From Flavobacteriales bacterium (GTDB lineage: Bacteria > Bacteroidota > Bacteroidia > Flavobacteriales > BACL11), in NCBI GenBank assembly GCA_036012565.1, contig DASCPP010000073.1:1-57526 (forward strand): a stretch of DNA of 57,526 bases, given 5' to 3'. Every line of letters starts with the position of its first letter. Positions within the stretch are counted from its first letter, which is position 1. Below the pieces are notes generated by a model that searched no databases, was not told the origin of the DNA, and saw nothing but the letters and a program-made list of their open reading frames with translations. Below are positions 17,661 through 27,756 of the stretch, piece by piece. The position numbers were made by a program, and so were the translations under genes.

Positions 17661-19317
17661 CAAAATCGTAAATGATTTAGCTGAAAGTTTAGGCGTTAGT
17701 AGGTCGATCGCTCATTTATTAGTGATAAGGGGGGTAACTACTTTTGATGAGGCAAAGCAGTTTTTTCGACCAGATTTTTCGCAATTTCACAATCCTTTTT
17801 TGATGAAGGATATGCAAAAAGCAGTTGAGAGGATACAATCTGCAATTGCAAATAATGAGAAAATTTTAGTGTATGGAGATTATGATGTGGATGGGACAAC
17901 ATCAGTAGCAATGCTACATACTTTTCTTGCTACTCTTACTGAAAATATTGACTATTATATACCTGACAGATATACGGAAGGATACGGAATTTCACTGCAA
18001 GGAATTGATTATGCAAAAGAGCATAATTACACACTAATCATAGCGCTTGATTGCGGAATAAGAGCAGTAAATCAGATAAATTATGCCAATGATAAAGGAG
18101 TTGATTTTATTATTTGCGACCATCATAATCCAGCAGAGGAAATCCCAAATGCGGTTGCTATTTTAAATCCTAAACAAAAAGATTGCAACTATCCCTTCAA
18201 GGAACTTTCAGGATGTGGAGTAGGGTTAAAACTAATTCAAGCGTTTAGTGAAAAAAATAATATTCCTTTTGAAGAGATTACTCCTCTTTTTGATTTGTTG
18301 GTGGTAAGTATTGCTGCCGATATTGTCCCCATGATTGATGAAAACAGAGCATTTTCATTTTTTGGGCTAGAGCAGATAAACAAAAATCCAAGAGTTGGTT
18401 TAAAGGTATTAATGGATGTAGCAAACAGAAAAGGAAAATGGACAATTTCAGATATTGTTTTTGGGATAGCGCCACGCATAAATGCAGCTGGCAGAATTGA
18501 GCAAGGCAAAAAAGCAGTTGCATTGTTAATAGAAACGGATTCTTTTAAAGCAGCTAAATTAGCGCAGGAAATAGAGCGGTTAAACAAAACAAGAAGAGGG
18601 CTTGATCAGGACATTACAAAACAAGCTATTAGTATGATTGATGACAGTAAAAAATCTACTGTGGTTTATAGTCAAGATTGGCATAAAGGAGTAGTGGGAA
18701 TTGCAGCATCTCGTCTTATCGAAACATATTATAAGCCAACTGTTGTTTTGGTAGAAAAGAATGGGGAACTAACGGGTTCTGCTCGTTCGGTTAAAGGGTT
18801 TGATTTGTATAATGCTTTATTGCAATGCGAAAAATATTTAGAGAAATTTGGTGGACATATGTATGCTGCCGGACTCACCCTTAAAAAGGAAAATCTACAA
18901 GATTTTATAGATGCTTTTGAGAGGGCTGTTTCTGATACAATTACAGAGGAACAATTAACCCCAGAGGTTACTATTGATATGGAACTTGATTTGCATGATA
19001 TTGGCGATAAATTATTTAGACTTATTCAACAATTTTCACCTTTCGGGCCACAAAATCGCACGCCAATTTTTATTACCAAAGCAGTAAAAGATAGTGGTTA
19101 TGGCAGAGCGGTTGGAGCGGATAAAACCCATTTACGGTTAAATATTACAAATGAAAATAGCAGAAATTCAATAAGCAGTATTGGATTTGGATTAGCCCAT
19201 CATTTTAAAAAAATAAAAGATGGACAAATATTTGATATTTGTTATTCTATTGATGAAAATGATTGGAATGGCAGGAAAAATTTGCAATTAAAACTAAGGG
19301 ATATAAAAAGTAATTAG
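17626..19317 (+). CDS. recJ: Single-stranded-DNA-specific exonuclease RecJ
   Basis: DHH motifs (GDYDVDGTTS, ALDCG, CDHH) and DHHA1 (GGHMYAAG). The N-terminus MQKKWKIKE...FDEAKQFFRP is typical of RecJ. Overlaps the preceding gene by 35 nt. Confidence 0.93.
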   Translation: MQKKWKIKETDNKIVNDLAESLGVSRSIAHLLVIRGVTTFDEAKQFFRPDFSQFHNPFLMKDMQKAVERIQSAIANNEKILVYGDYDVDGTTSVAMLHTFLATLTENIDYYIPDRYTEGYGISLQGIDYAKEHNYTLIIALDCGIRAVNQINYANDKGVDFIICDHHNPAEEIPNAVAILNPKQKDCNYPFKELSGCGVGLKLIQAFSEKNNIPFEEITPLFDLLVVSIAADIVPMIDENRAFSFFGLEQINKNPRVGLKVLMDVANRKGKWTISDIVFGIAPRINAAGRIEQGKKAVALLIETDSFKAAKLAQEIERLNKTRRGLDQDITKQAISMIDDSKKSTVVYSQDWHKGVVGIAASRLIETYYKPTVVLVEKNGELTGSARSVKGFDLYNALLQCEKYLEKFGGHMYAAGLTLKKENLQDFIDAFERAVSDTITEEQLTPEVTIDMELDLHDIGDKLFRLIQQFSPFGPQNRTPIFITKAVKDSGYGRAVGADKTHLRLNITNENSRNSISSIGFGLAHHFKKIKDGQIFDICYSIDENDWNGRKNLQLKLRDIKSN

Positions 19318-21197
19318 CACATGGTTCTTCCTAATTTTTCCGCAATTTGTCTTCTGGTTTGTAAATATTTGGCATAAGCTTTTGTAAATCGCTCATCATC
19401 AGGATTTTCTTTTAACTGTAATTGAATATCTCCTAGTTTGGTGTCCAAATGTTTTAATTTTAAAGCATAAATAGAGCTTTCTACTGCTTTTCGAAATTTA
19501 TCTTCTTCCGAGCCAGTTAGTATTCGGTGTCGTGATTTCCAATTTTCGCTCAAACTATGTTTTTTGCTTATCAAATCGATAGCCAATTTGCTTATAGAAG
19601 GGTTTTGATGTAGGGTAAAATAATTCAAATTTATTTCTCCATCCTCTTTTACATGAGCAGATATTTCACCTAATATAGATTGGTATTGCTCGTTTTCAAA
19701 ACTAATATTATCTACCTCTAACTCTTTAATAATAAAAGACGCAATACTAATTTTTTGATCTTCTTCTTTCATATTCTTATTTCCATAATTGAGCAATAGT
19801 CGAATAATTTCTTTTTCCTCTTTGTTCATTTTTGAAGTAGGAATTTCTTTTTCTTCCAAATTGCTTGAATTCTCACTTTTTGCTGAGAAAGGGCTTATTC
19901 GTTTATTCTTTTGTGCGCTTACCTCTTTTGCTAAATCCAATTCTTTTACCCTCAGCATTCGACTGCACTCTTTTATGTATTCTGATCTGCCGATATCATC
20001 AGGAATTTGCGCAATAGAGGAAGCGATATCTTTTATCATTTCTACTCTTTTTGCCGGATCTTCATTTGTATCTTTACTTAATATATTTGTTTTAAAAGTA
20101 ATAAAATCTTTTTGGTTTTCCTCCAAATAATTTATCAATTCTTCCTGACTACACTTTTGTGCAAAAGAGTCCGGATCTTCTCCGTCAGGGAATAAAACCA
20201 CTTTTACATTCATGCCTTCTGCCAATATCATGTCAATACTTCTAAAAGAGGCTTTCAGTCCAGCAGCATCTCCATCAAAAAGAATGGTAATGTTTTTTGT
20301 AAAACGGTTGATCAATTTTATTTGCTCGGATGTAAGGGAGGTGCCTGATGAGGAAACTACATTTTCAACCCCTGCTTGATGAAGGGAAATTACATCCGTA
20401 TATCCCTCCACAATAAAGCAGTTGTTTTGTTTACTGATGTGTTGTTTAGCAAAGTAAATACCGTATAAAATTTTACTTTTAAGGTATATCAAACTCTCAG
20501 GCGAATTGACATATTTTGCTTTATTATCTTTTTGTAAAGTGCGACCACCAAAGCCTAAAACCCTACCAGAAAAACTATGAATAGGAAACATCATTCTTTC
20601 TCTGAATCTATCCAAAGCAGATTTATTTTTAATAATGGACAAACCAGAATCTTCCAAATATTTTTGCTGAAATGAGGATTTTATAGCCTCTTTGCTGAGG
20701 GCATCTTTTTGTTTTGGGCTATACCCTAACTGAAATTTCTTGATGGTTTCTTCCGTAAATCCTCTTTCTTTATAATAGCTTAATCCTACGATCTTTCCTT
20801 CCTCCCTTTCCCATAGCTGCTGTTGGAAAAATTTATTGGCAAAGGAGCTAATTACATACAAACTATCCCTGTCGTTTGCTCTTATGTTTTGCTCAGGAGT
20901 TAACTCTTTTTCCGCCACTTCAATGCTATATTTTTCCGCCAAATATTTTAAAGCCTCAGGATAAGAATAATGTTCATGTTCCATCACAAAACTTACAGAA
21001 TTCCCTCCCTTCCCACATCCAAAACATTTGTAAATCCCTTTGGAGGCCGATACCGTAAAGGAAGGTGTTTTTTCATCATGAAAAGGGCAATGTCCAATAA
21101 AATTAGCGCCTCTTTTTTTAAGTTGTACAAAGCCACTTACCACTTCCTCAATTCGAGCCGCTTCAAATATTTTATCAATTGTTTCTTTCGGAATCAT
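19314..21197 (-). CDS. dnaG: DNA primase
   Basis: Zinc finger CPFHDEKTPSFTVS...CFGCGKGG, TOPRIM EGYTDVISL and DGDAAG. A 4-nt convergent overlap with recJ. Confidence 0.93.
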   Translation of the reverse strand: MIPKETIDKIFEAARIEEVVSGFVQLKKRGANFIGHCPFHDEKTPSFTVSASKGIYKCFGCGKGGNSVSFVMEHEHYSYPEALKYLAEKYSIEVAEKELTPEQNIRANDRDSLYVISSFANKFFQQQLWEREEGKIVGLSYYKERGFTEETIKKFQLGYSPKQKDALSKEAIKSSFQQKYLEDSGLSIIKNKSALDRFRERMMFPIHSFSGRVLGFGGRTLQKDNKAKYVNSPESLIYLKSKILYGIYFAKQHISKQNNCFIVEGYTDVISLHQAGVENVVSSSGTSLTSEQIKLINRFTKNITILFDGDAAGLKASFRSIDMILAEGMNVKVVLFPDGEDPDSFAQKCSQEELINYLEENQKDFITFKTNILSKDTNEDPAKRVEMIKDIASSIAQIPDDIGRSEYIKECSRMLRVKELDLAKEVSAQKNKRISPFSAKSENSSNLEEKEIPTSKMNKEEKEIIRLLLNYGNKNMKEEDQKISIASFIIKELEVDNISFENEQYQSILGEISAHVKEDGEINLNYFTLHQNPSISKLAIDLISKKHSLSENWKSRHRILTGSEEDKFRKAVESSIYALKLKHLDTKLGDIQLQLKENPDDERFTKAYAKYLQTRRQIAEKLGRTMC

Positions 21198-22168
21198 TGT
21201 TTTCTATGTATTACAAAATCAATCATTTGTTTTAGTGCCTTTTTTGCTTCTCCATCTTCAAATTCCTCCAAAATATTTAGTGCATTTTGGTGGTATTCAT
21301 TCATTTTTTTAGTAGCATAATTCAAGCCACCACTACTTTTTACTAATTCAATTATGCCTGCTACTTTATCCGTATCCTTATTGTGGTTTTTTATGGTATT
21401 AATTATCATCTTTTTCTGCGGGTTATCACTTATGCTTAAAGTGTAAATCAAGGGTAGAGTCATTTTTTGTTCTCTTATGTCAATACCGGTTGGCTTGCCA
21501 ATAATCGGATTATGCGAATAATCAAACAAATCATCTTTTATTTGAAAAGCAATTCCTGCCATTTCTCCAAAAAGATGTAGCTTTTTTATAGTTGCTACAT
21601 CTTTGGTAGCAGAACTTGCTCCGCAAGCACAACAAGCCGCAATTAAGGTGGCTGTTTTTTGCCTTATAATTTCAAAATAAACGGATTCTTCAATATCTAA
21701 TTTTCTTGTTTTTTCAATTTGTAAAAGCTCCCCTTCGCTCATGCCTTTTACTGCATTACTCATTATTTTTAACAGTTCAAATTCATTATTTTCTACTGCT
21801 AAAAGCAGACCCTTTGACAATAAAAAATCACCTACCAAAACAGCAATTTTATTTTTCCAAAGCGCATTGATAGAGAAAAACCCCCTTCTGAAATTAGCTT
21901 CATCTATTACATCATCATGCACCAGGGTTGCCGTATGCAAAAGCTCAATTAAGGATGCAGAGATATAGGTGCTTTCTGTTACTTTCCCACAAAGTTTGGC
22001 TGACAGAAAAACAAACATTGGACGCATCTGCTTTCCTTTTCGCTTGATGATGTAATGCATTATTTTATTGAGCAAAGGAACTTTGCTATTAAGGGATGCC
22101 TTAAACTTTTTTTCAAAAAGAAGCATCTCTTGTTTGATAGGAGATTTTATTTCGTTTATCGTACTCAA
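21194..22168 (-). CDS. ispB: Polyprenyl (octaprenyl-type) diphosphate synthase
   Basis: Two Asp-rich motifs, LVHDDVIDEA and FQIKDDLFDY. TTG start. ATGA overlap with the dnaG start. Confidence 0.85.
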   Translation of the reverse strand: MSTINEIKSPIKQEMLLFEKKFKASLNSKVPLLNKIMHYIIKRKGKQMRPMFVFLSAKLCGKVTESTYISASLIELLHTATLVHDDVIDEANFRRGFFSINALWKNKIAVLVGDFLLSKGLLLAVENNEFELLKIMSNAVKGMSEGELLQIEKTRKLDIEESVYFEIIRQKTATLIAACCACGASSATKDVATIKKLHLFGEMAGIAFQIKDDLFDYSHNPIIGKPTGIDIREQKMTLPLIYTLSISDNPQKKMIINTIKNHNKDTDKVAGIIELVKSSGGLNYATKKMNEYHQNALNILEEFEDGEAKKALKQMIDFVIHRKQ

Positions 22169-22188
22169 ATTACCAAAAAGATTGAAAG

Positions 22189-22196
22189 CGAATATA
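22189..22196 (-). promoter_or_regulatory. Candidate -7 box (TATATTCG variant) for ispB
   Basis: Minus-strand TATATTCG, 20 nt upstream of the TTG start at 22168. It is embedded in the left arm of the inverted repeat at 22186-22234. Confidence 0.35.
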
Positions 22197-22243
22197 CAAA
22201 GAAGTTTGTGCTAATCTTCTGAAAAAATTCGCTTGTTTAAAAG

Positions 22244-23284
22244 TTATTCGAGTTTGTTTACTAATTGTCCACAAGCGGCATTAATATCTTTGCCTTTGCT
22301 TTTCCTTAAATTTACAATCAAGTTCTTTTCTTCTAGGTAAGATATAAAGTTTTCAGTGACTTTATTAGTCGATTTTTCATAAGGGGAACCTTCCACTGTA
22401 TTGTATTCAATTAAGTTAATTTTACAAGGGCTTACTTTGCAAAAATTAGCCAACCCTTTTGCGTCATTCACATTATCATTAATTCCTTTAAAGAATATAT
22501 ATTCATAGGTAATTCTGCGATTAGTCTTATCATAAAAATATCGAATGGCATCTCTAAGTTCTTGCAAAGGAACGGAATCATTTAAACTCATAAGCTTGCT
22601 CCTTGTTTCATCATTTGAACTATGAAGGGAAATAGCCAAGTTAAACCTTACCTTGTCATCTGCTAGTTTCATTATCATTTTAGCAATTCCTGCGGTAGAA
22701 ACAGTAATCCTTTTTGGCGACATTCCCATTCCTTTTTCAGTGGTGATAAGGCGGATACTCTCCAACATATTGTTGTAGTTCAAGAGTGGCTCACCCATCC
22801 CCATATACACAATATTAGACAGTGATTTGCCAAAGTTAGAAACGGACTCTTCATTTAGGATGAAAACTTGGTCATATATTTCGGCAGCAGTTAAATTTCT
22901 TTCTAATTTTAATGTCCCAGTAGCACAAAATGTACAATCTAAACTGCAACCAACTTGTGAAGAAATGCAAGCAGTTATTCTCTTTTTGGAAGGAATTAAA
23001 ACCCCCTCAACCAATAATTTATCGTGTAGCTGTAAGCTGTATTTGATAGTGCCATCTATACTTCTTTCTCCCTTGTGAATTTTTATAGGATTAATGCAAA
23101 AATGCTCCCCAAACAAATTACGCATATCTTTAGATAAAGAAGTCATTTCATCAAAAGAGGTAGCGCGTTTTTTCCACAACCATTCCTCAATTTGCCCTGC
23201 TCTAAATTTGGGTAATTTATGCTCGGCACAAAATGTACGCAAGTCTTCTACACTAATATTTCGTATGTCTATTTTTTCTTTCAT
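22244..23284 (-). CDS. rlmN: 23S rRNA/tRNA (adenine-C2)-methyltransferase, radical SAM
   Basis: Radical-SAM motif CSLDCTFCATG, N-terminal FRAGQIEEWLW, and a C-terminal ACGQL. Confidence 0.93.
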   Translation of the reverse strand: MKEKIDIRNISVEDLRTFCAEHKLPKFRAGQIEEWLWKKRATSFDEMTSLSKDMRNLFGEHFCINPIKIHKGERSIDGTIKYSLQLHDKLLVEGVLIPSKKRITACISSQVGCSLDCTFCATGTLKLERNLTAAEIYDQVFILNEESVSNFGKSLSNIVYMGMGEPLLNYNNMLESIRLITTEKGMGMSPKRITVSTAGIAKMIMKLADDKVRFNLAISLHSSNDETRSKLMSLNDSVPLQELRDAIRYFYDKTNRRITYEYIFFKGINDNVNDAKGLANFCKVSPCKINLIEYNTVEGSPYEKSTNKVTENFISYLEEKNLIVNLRKSKGKDINAACGQLVNKLE

Positions 23285-23315
23285 TTGGTTTGCAAAGATA
23301 GTAATTCAGATTCCT

Positions 23316-23323
23316 TACTTTTG
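23316..23323 (+). promoter_or_regulatory. Candidate -7 box TACTTTTG for the amidohydrolase gene, 4 nt from the ATG
   Basis: Exact TAnnTTTG, then tgct, then ATG 23328. The 15-mer is 14/15 identical to the one at 6305-6319. Confidence 0.55.
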
Positions 23324-23327
23324 TGCT

Positions 23328-24461
23328 ATGCGATTTTTAACGGCCGATTATTTATATCAATTGCACATTGCACCAATAAAGGAAGGAGTATTGCAAATTT
23401 CTGATAAGGGGGAAGTTATCGCAATTATTGAAAATAGAGCAGAAGTTCCGCCAGAACAATTGGAGGTTTTTGAGGGTATTTTGTGTCCAGGATTTGTAAA
23501 TGCACATTGTCATTTGGAACTGAGCCATTTACAAGGAGTTGCGGAAAAAGGGAAAGGTTTTTTGGATTTTATAGGAGCTATTCAGCAAAGAAATGAGTTT
23601 GAAAAAGAAGACATTCAGTATGCAATTGAGAAAGCAGAACAGCAAATGATTGCTAATGGAATAGTTGGAGTTGGAGATATTTGTAATACAACTGATACGC
23701 TTTTACAAAAGCAGAAAAGTAATTTAACTTACTACAATTTTATTGAAACTTTTCAGGTGCATGAGAATAAAATTAGAGACACAATAAAGAATGCTATACA
23801 AATAAGAAATCAATTTAGAGCAATTGGGGGAAAAGCAAGCATTATGCCGCACGCACCTTTTTCAGTGCCGACAAAATTAGCACAAGAAATTGTAAATCAT
23901 TTTGATGAAAAAGATGAATTACTCACCATTCATATGCAAGAAACAAAAGAGGAAAATCAGCTTTTTGAAAATAAGGAGGGTGCTTTTTTTGATTGGCTAA
24001 AGGGTGTAAATGCAAGTGAAGAAATTTGGCAAACAAGAAAAAAATCAATTGATATTTTACAAGAATTAGAAAACAAAAAAATACTTTTAGTGCATAATAC
24101 CTTTGCTAAAAAAGAAGATTTAACTGAACACTATTACTGTACTTGCCCAAAAGCAAATTTGTATATTGAAAATGCTTTGCCAGACTATTCCATTTTTGAC
24201 ACTGATAAACTTTGTGTTGGAACAGATAGTTTGGCTTCTAATAATTCCCTTTCTATTTTGGAAGAGCTTTTAGTTGTGCAAGAAAATTCTAATTTTGATA
24301 TGAGTATACTGCTTAAAATAGCATCTAAAAATGGAGCAGAAGCCCTTGGTTTTGAAAAATTAGGCAGCTTAGAAAAAGGAAAAGTTCCTGGGGTGAATTT
24401 AATTCAACATTTGGAAGGCATGAAGATTATTGAGGGGAGTTTTGTTAGGGTTTTAGCGTAA
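23328..24461 (+). CDS. Amidohydrolase-superfamily protein (chlorohydrolase/aminohydrolase-like)
   Basis: Starts MRFLTADYLYQL. Metal-binding GFVNAHCHLELS, later HMQE and GTDS. The ORF-track start 23094 is antisense to rlmN and was rejected. Confidence 0.75.
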   Translation: MRFLTADYLYQLHIAPIKEGVLQISDKGEVIAIIENRAEVPPEQLEVFEGILCPGFVNAHCHLELSHLQGVAEKGKGFLDFIGAIQQRNEFEKEDIQYAIEKAEQQMIANGIVGVGDICNTTDTLLQKQKSNLTYYNFIETFQVHENKIRDTIKNAIQIRNQFRAIGGKASIMPHAPFSVPTKLAQEIVNHFDEKDELLTIHMQETKEENQLFENKEGAFFDWLKGVNASEEIWQTRKKSIDILQELENKKILLVHNTFAKKEDLTEHYYCTCPKANLYIENALPDYSIFDTDKLCVGTDSLASNNSLSILEELLVVQENSNFDMSILLKIASKNGAEALGFEKLGSLEKGKVPGVNLIQHLEGMKIIEGSFVRVLA

Positions 24462-25103
24462 AAATTCAGCAACCTTCAAATCCTCTTCAGTAGTAATTTT
24501 TAGGTTTTTTTCTTCTCCTAAAATAGTGTTTATTTTTCCTCCATTACTTTCCAAAACAGAGGCATCATCTGTAAAAAAGAGTGAAAAATTTTGTTTGTAG
24601 GCATCCTTAATGGTGCTAGCAAAAAAGCATTGAGGTGTTTGCACTTTATACAAATTACTTTTACTTACCGATTTGCTACTATTCCCATCTACTTTTCGCA
24701 GAGAATCTTTTATCGATACAACCGGCACAACTCCGATTCTCTTTTTCGTTGCAGAAATTAGTTTGTCAATTAGATGTTCGGAAACAAGTGGTCGCACCCC
24801 ATCATGAATAGCAACAATACTATTATCATCCACTTTTTTTAAACCATTTTTTACAGATCCAAAACGATTTATTCCACCTGCAATTGTACTATGTTTTAGA
24901 GAGAAATTATACTGTTTACAAAGCGCTTTCCAATTTTCAATTTGAGTTTGTGGAAGCACTAAAATAATTTTATCTAAATGTGAAAAAGCATTTAAGGTGT
25001 GCATTAAAATGGGTAAACTATTTAGTAATAAAAACTGTTTTGGGGTTTTCGTATTCATGCGCTCCCCTTTTCCTCCAGCAACTATTAAAGCAACTCTTTT
25101 CAT
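24453..25103 (-). CDS. ispD: 2-C-methyl-D-erythritol 4-phosphate cytidylyltransferase
   Basis: VALIVAGGKGERM nucleotide-binding motif and VAIHDGVRP. 216 aa. Confidence 0.9.
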   Translation of the reverse strand: MKRVALIVAGGKGERMNTKTPKQFLLLNSLPILMHTLNAFSHLDKIILVLPQTQIENWKALCKQYNFSLKHSTIAGGINRFGSVKNGLKKVDDNSIVAIHDGVRPLVSEHLIDKLISATKKRIGVVPVVSIKDSLRKVDGNSSKSVSKSNLYKVQTPQCFFASTIKDAYKQNFSLFFTDDASVLESNGGKINTILGEEKNLKITTEEDLKVAEFLR

Positions 25104-25104
25104 C

Positions 25105-26160
25105 TTATAAAATTAACATGGCATCCCCATAAGTGTAAAAGTTGTATTTCTTCTTTACAGCTTCTTTATATGCTTTCATTGTAAAATTATGTCCGGCAAA
25201 AGCACTGATTTGCATCATCAAAGTAGATTTTGGTAAATGAAAATTAGTTAGCATACAAGTCGGAATCCTGAAATCGTATGGAGGAAAAATAAATTTATTG
25301 GTCCAACCATCAAAAGGGACTATTCTATTTTGAGTAGTAACAGAGCTTTCAACTGTTCTAACAGAAGTAGTCCCCACTGCACAAATTCTTTTATTATTAT
25401 CAAGCCCTGTATTAATAACATTTGCAGCAGTTTGTGTTATATTTATTTCTTCCGAATCCATTTTATGTTTTGAAAGATCTTCTACTTCTACTTCCCTAAA
25501 AGTACCAAGACCAACATGAAGGGTAACCTCAGCAAAATTTATTCCTTTTATTTCCAGTCGTTTCATTAGTTCTCGACTAAAATGCAAACCAGCAGTAGGT
25601 GCTGCAATTGATCCACTATGCTTTGCATAAATGGTTTGGTACCTTTTATCATCTTCCTCTGTTGGCTTTCTATTTATATATTTAGGCAGGGGTGTTTGCC
25701 CTAGTCTGGTTAATGTTTCCTTAAACTCATCATAAGAACCATCAAACAAAAAACGCAGGGTTCTTCCTCTTGATGTTGTATTGTCAATTACTTCCGCAAT
25801 CAGCTCATCCTCTTCTCCAAAATAGAGCTTATTACCGATTCTTATTTTTCTTGCGGGATCCACCAATACATCAAAAAGCCGACTTTCTTTATTTAATTCT
25901 CTTAGTAGAAATACTTCAATTCTTGCTCCTGTTTTTTCTTTATTTCCGAAAAGTCGGGCAGGAAAAACTTTGGTGTTGTTCAAAATTATCACATCTCCTT
26001 CATCAAAATAATCTATAATATCTTTGAATTTTTTATGCTTAATTTCCCCGCTTTCTCGGTGAAGAACCATCAATTTTGATTCATCTCTATTTTTTGCCGG
26101 AGTTGTTGCTTTTCGCCCTTTTGGTAAGTTAAAAACAAAGTGCGAAAGTTTGTATTTCAT
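25105..26160 (-). CDS. queA: S-adenosylmethionine:tRNA ribosyltransferase-isomerase
   Basis: [13 protein letters not shown]..., AAPTAGLHF and VGTTS motifs. Start set at ATG 26160. ATG 26175 is an alternative (24 nt from the candidate box). The ORF-track start 26217 lies upstream of the box. Confidence 0.9.
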   Translation of the reverse strand: MKYKLSHFVFNLPKGRKATTPAKNRDESKLMVLHRESGEIKHKKFKDIIDYFDEGDVIILNNTKVFPARLFGNKEKTGARIEVFLLRELNKESRLFDVLVDPARKIRIGNKLYFGEEDELIAEVIDNTTSRGRTLRFLFDGSYDEFKETLTRLGQTPLPKYINRKPTEEDDKRYQTIYAKHSGSIAAPTAGLHFSRELMKRLEIKGINFAEVTLHVGLGTFREVEVEDLSKHKMDSEEINITQTAANVINTGLDNNKRICAVGTTSVRTVESSVTTQNRIVPFDGWTNKFIFPPYDFRIPTCMLTNFHLPKSTLMMQISAFAGHNFTMKAYKEAVKKKYNFYTYGDAMLIL

Positions 26161-26199
26161 TATTTGTGATTTCATAGCTTGAGGATTGATTTTTAGGTG

Positions 26200-26207
26200 C
26201 GAATATA
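26200..26207 (-). promoter_or_regulatory. Candidate -7 box (TATATTCG variant) for queA
   Basis: Minus-strand TATATTCGCACCT, with a TTG 20 nt further upstream. The same 13-mer occurs at 49553-49565. Confidence 0.35.
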
Positions 26208-26233
26208 CTATATTCAAAGGCTGAAGTCAAGGG

Positions 26234-26953
26234 TTATATAAGTTTGATTTTATCTTCTACTTCATTAAGAGAAAAAGAATCTTTTAAGTTGTATTCTCCA
26301 ATTTCTGTTCTACATAATTTAGATAAGTGTGCACCACTATTTAAGGCCCTCCCAAAATCATTTGCAATGGAGCGGATATAAGTACCCTTGCCACACGCTA
26401 TTTTGAAGCTAACTATTGGCATATTTAGATCTATAATTTTAAAGCTGTGAATAGTTACTTTTCGGCTTTCCAATTTTATTTCTTTATTTTTTCGAGCTAG
26501 CTTGTATAAGCGTTTTCCATCTTTTTTTAAAGCTGAAAAAATGGGAGGAATTTGATTTATTTTTCCAACAAATTGTTTAGCCGCTTCTTCTAATGATTCT
26601 TTTGTAATATGGGAAGTTTCAAAAGTTTGATTTACTTCAGTTTCCAAATCATAACTAGGCGTTGCACCTCCCAAAATAAGATTGCCAGTATAGGTTTTTT
26701 TTTGTCCTTGAATTTCATCAATTCTTTTGGTAAATTTTCCTGTGCAAACAATAAGTAGTCCAGTAGCTAGTGGATCTAGCGTTCCAGCATGCCCTACTTT
26801 TATCTTTTTTAGGTGCAGTTTTTTCTTTATTAGATTTCTTATTTTTTTTACCACATCAAAAGATGTCCATTCTGCTGGCTTGTTAATAAGTAATAAAGCT
26901 CCAGACAAAAAATCTGTGTCCTTATTTATCTTACTTGAGGCTAGCTCTGACAA
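26234..26953 (-). CDS. truB: tRNA pseudouridine(55) synthase
   Basis: Catalytic motif GHAGTLDPLATGLL and N-terminal LLINKPAEWTSFDVV. Confidence 0.93.
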   Translation of the reverse strand: MSELASSKINKDTDFLSGALLLINKPAEWTSFDVVKKIRNLIKKKLHLKKIKVGHAGTLDPLATGLLIVCTGKFTKRIDEIQGQKKTYTGNLILGGATPSYDLETEVNQTFETSHITKESLEEAAKQFVGKINQIPPIFSALKKDGKRLYKLARKNKEIKLESRKVTIHSFKIIDLNMPIVSFKIACGKGTYIRSIANDFGRALNSGAHLSKLCRTEIGEYNLKDSFSLNEVEDKIKLI

Positions 26954-27753
26954 GGGAATTGCTTATATGCAAAAAGAAGAATGGCCAAAACACCTACTAT
27001 AAAACAATAATAGGCAAAGTATTTTAGCTGACTATTTTTTACTAATTTTATCATCCATTTGCAAGCAATTAGGCCAGTAATGAAAGCGAAAATAAAACCG
27101 ACTATTAGCGGAATGAAAGAGCTGCTTTCATAACTTATTTTCCCAGAGAATATATCTTTTGCCATTTTTCCAAATATTAATGGCACAACCATTAAAAAGG
27201 AAAAGCGTGCCGATTTTTCTTTATCTATCCCTAAAAGAACAGCCGTAGAAATTGTGGCCCCTGAACGGGAAATTCCAGGCATTATAGCTATGGCTTGCGA
27301 GATGCCAATGAGTATTGCATTTTTAATCCCAACATTTTTTTCTGCATGTTTTGCTTTGTCCGCTAAAAAAAGTAATGCGCCAGTTATTAGTAACATACTC
27401 CCAACTAAAATTAATTGCCCACCAAATAGTGCCTCAATTTCACTTTCAAAAAACAAACCAACAACAACAGCTGGAATCATGGAAAGTACAATTTTTACAG
27501 AAAACCAAAAACTCTCATTATTTTTAAATTGAAAAAGCCCAGAAAAAATTTCCACAATATCTTTTCGGAAAATAAAAATAATGGAAAAGGCAGTAGCAAA
27601 ATGCAAGACCACTGTCATAAGCATACTTTCTTTTGCTAGAACTTCAGAAGGGAAAATACATTTTGCAATTTCCAAATGTCCGCTACTACTTACAGGCAAA
27701 AACTCAGTTAATCCTTGAATAATTCCAAGAATAATAGATCTTAGAATCTCCAT
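26941..27753 (-). CDS. uppP: Undecaprenyl-diphosphate phosphatase
   Basis: BacA/UppP motifs GIIQGLTEFLPVSSSGHL and PGISRSGATI. 8 TM helices. Confidence 0.92.
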   Translation of the reverse strand: MEILRSIILGIIQGLTEFLPVSSSGHLEIAKCIFPSEVLAKESMLMTVVLHFATAFSIIFIFRKDIVEIFSGLFQFKNNESFWFSVKIVLSMIPAVVVGLFFESEIEALFGGQLILVGSMLLITGALLFLADKAKHAEKNVGIKNAILIGISQAIAIMPGISRSGATISTAVLLGIDKEKSARFSFLMVVPLIFGKMAKDIFSGKISYESSSFIPLIVGFIFAFITGLIACKWMIKLVKNSQLKYFAYYCFIVGVLAILLFAYKQFPCQS

Positions 27754-27756
27754 TTA

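Noticed and set aside
23094-23327. N-terminal 78-codon extension of the amidohydrolase ORF
   Set aside because: It is antisense to the 5' part of rlmN and runs through the -7 box at 23316-23323. Amidohydrolase similarity begins only at MRFLTADY (ATG 23328).
26161-26217. Upstream extension of queA
   Set aside because: The ORF-track start lies upstream of the candidate promoter box, and QueA similarity begins at [11 protein letters not shown] 26175 remains a possible alternative start.
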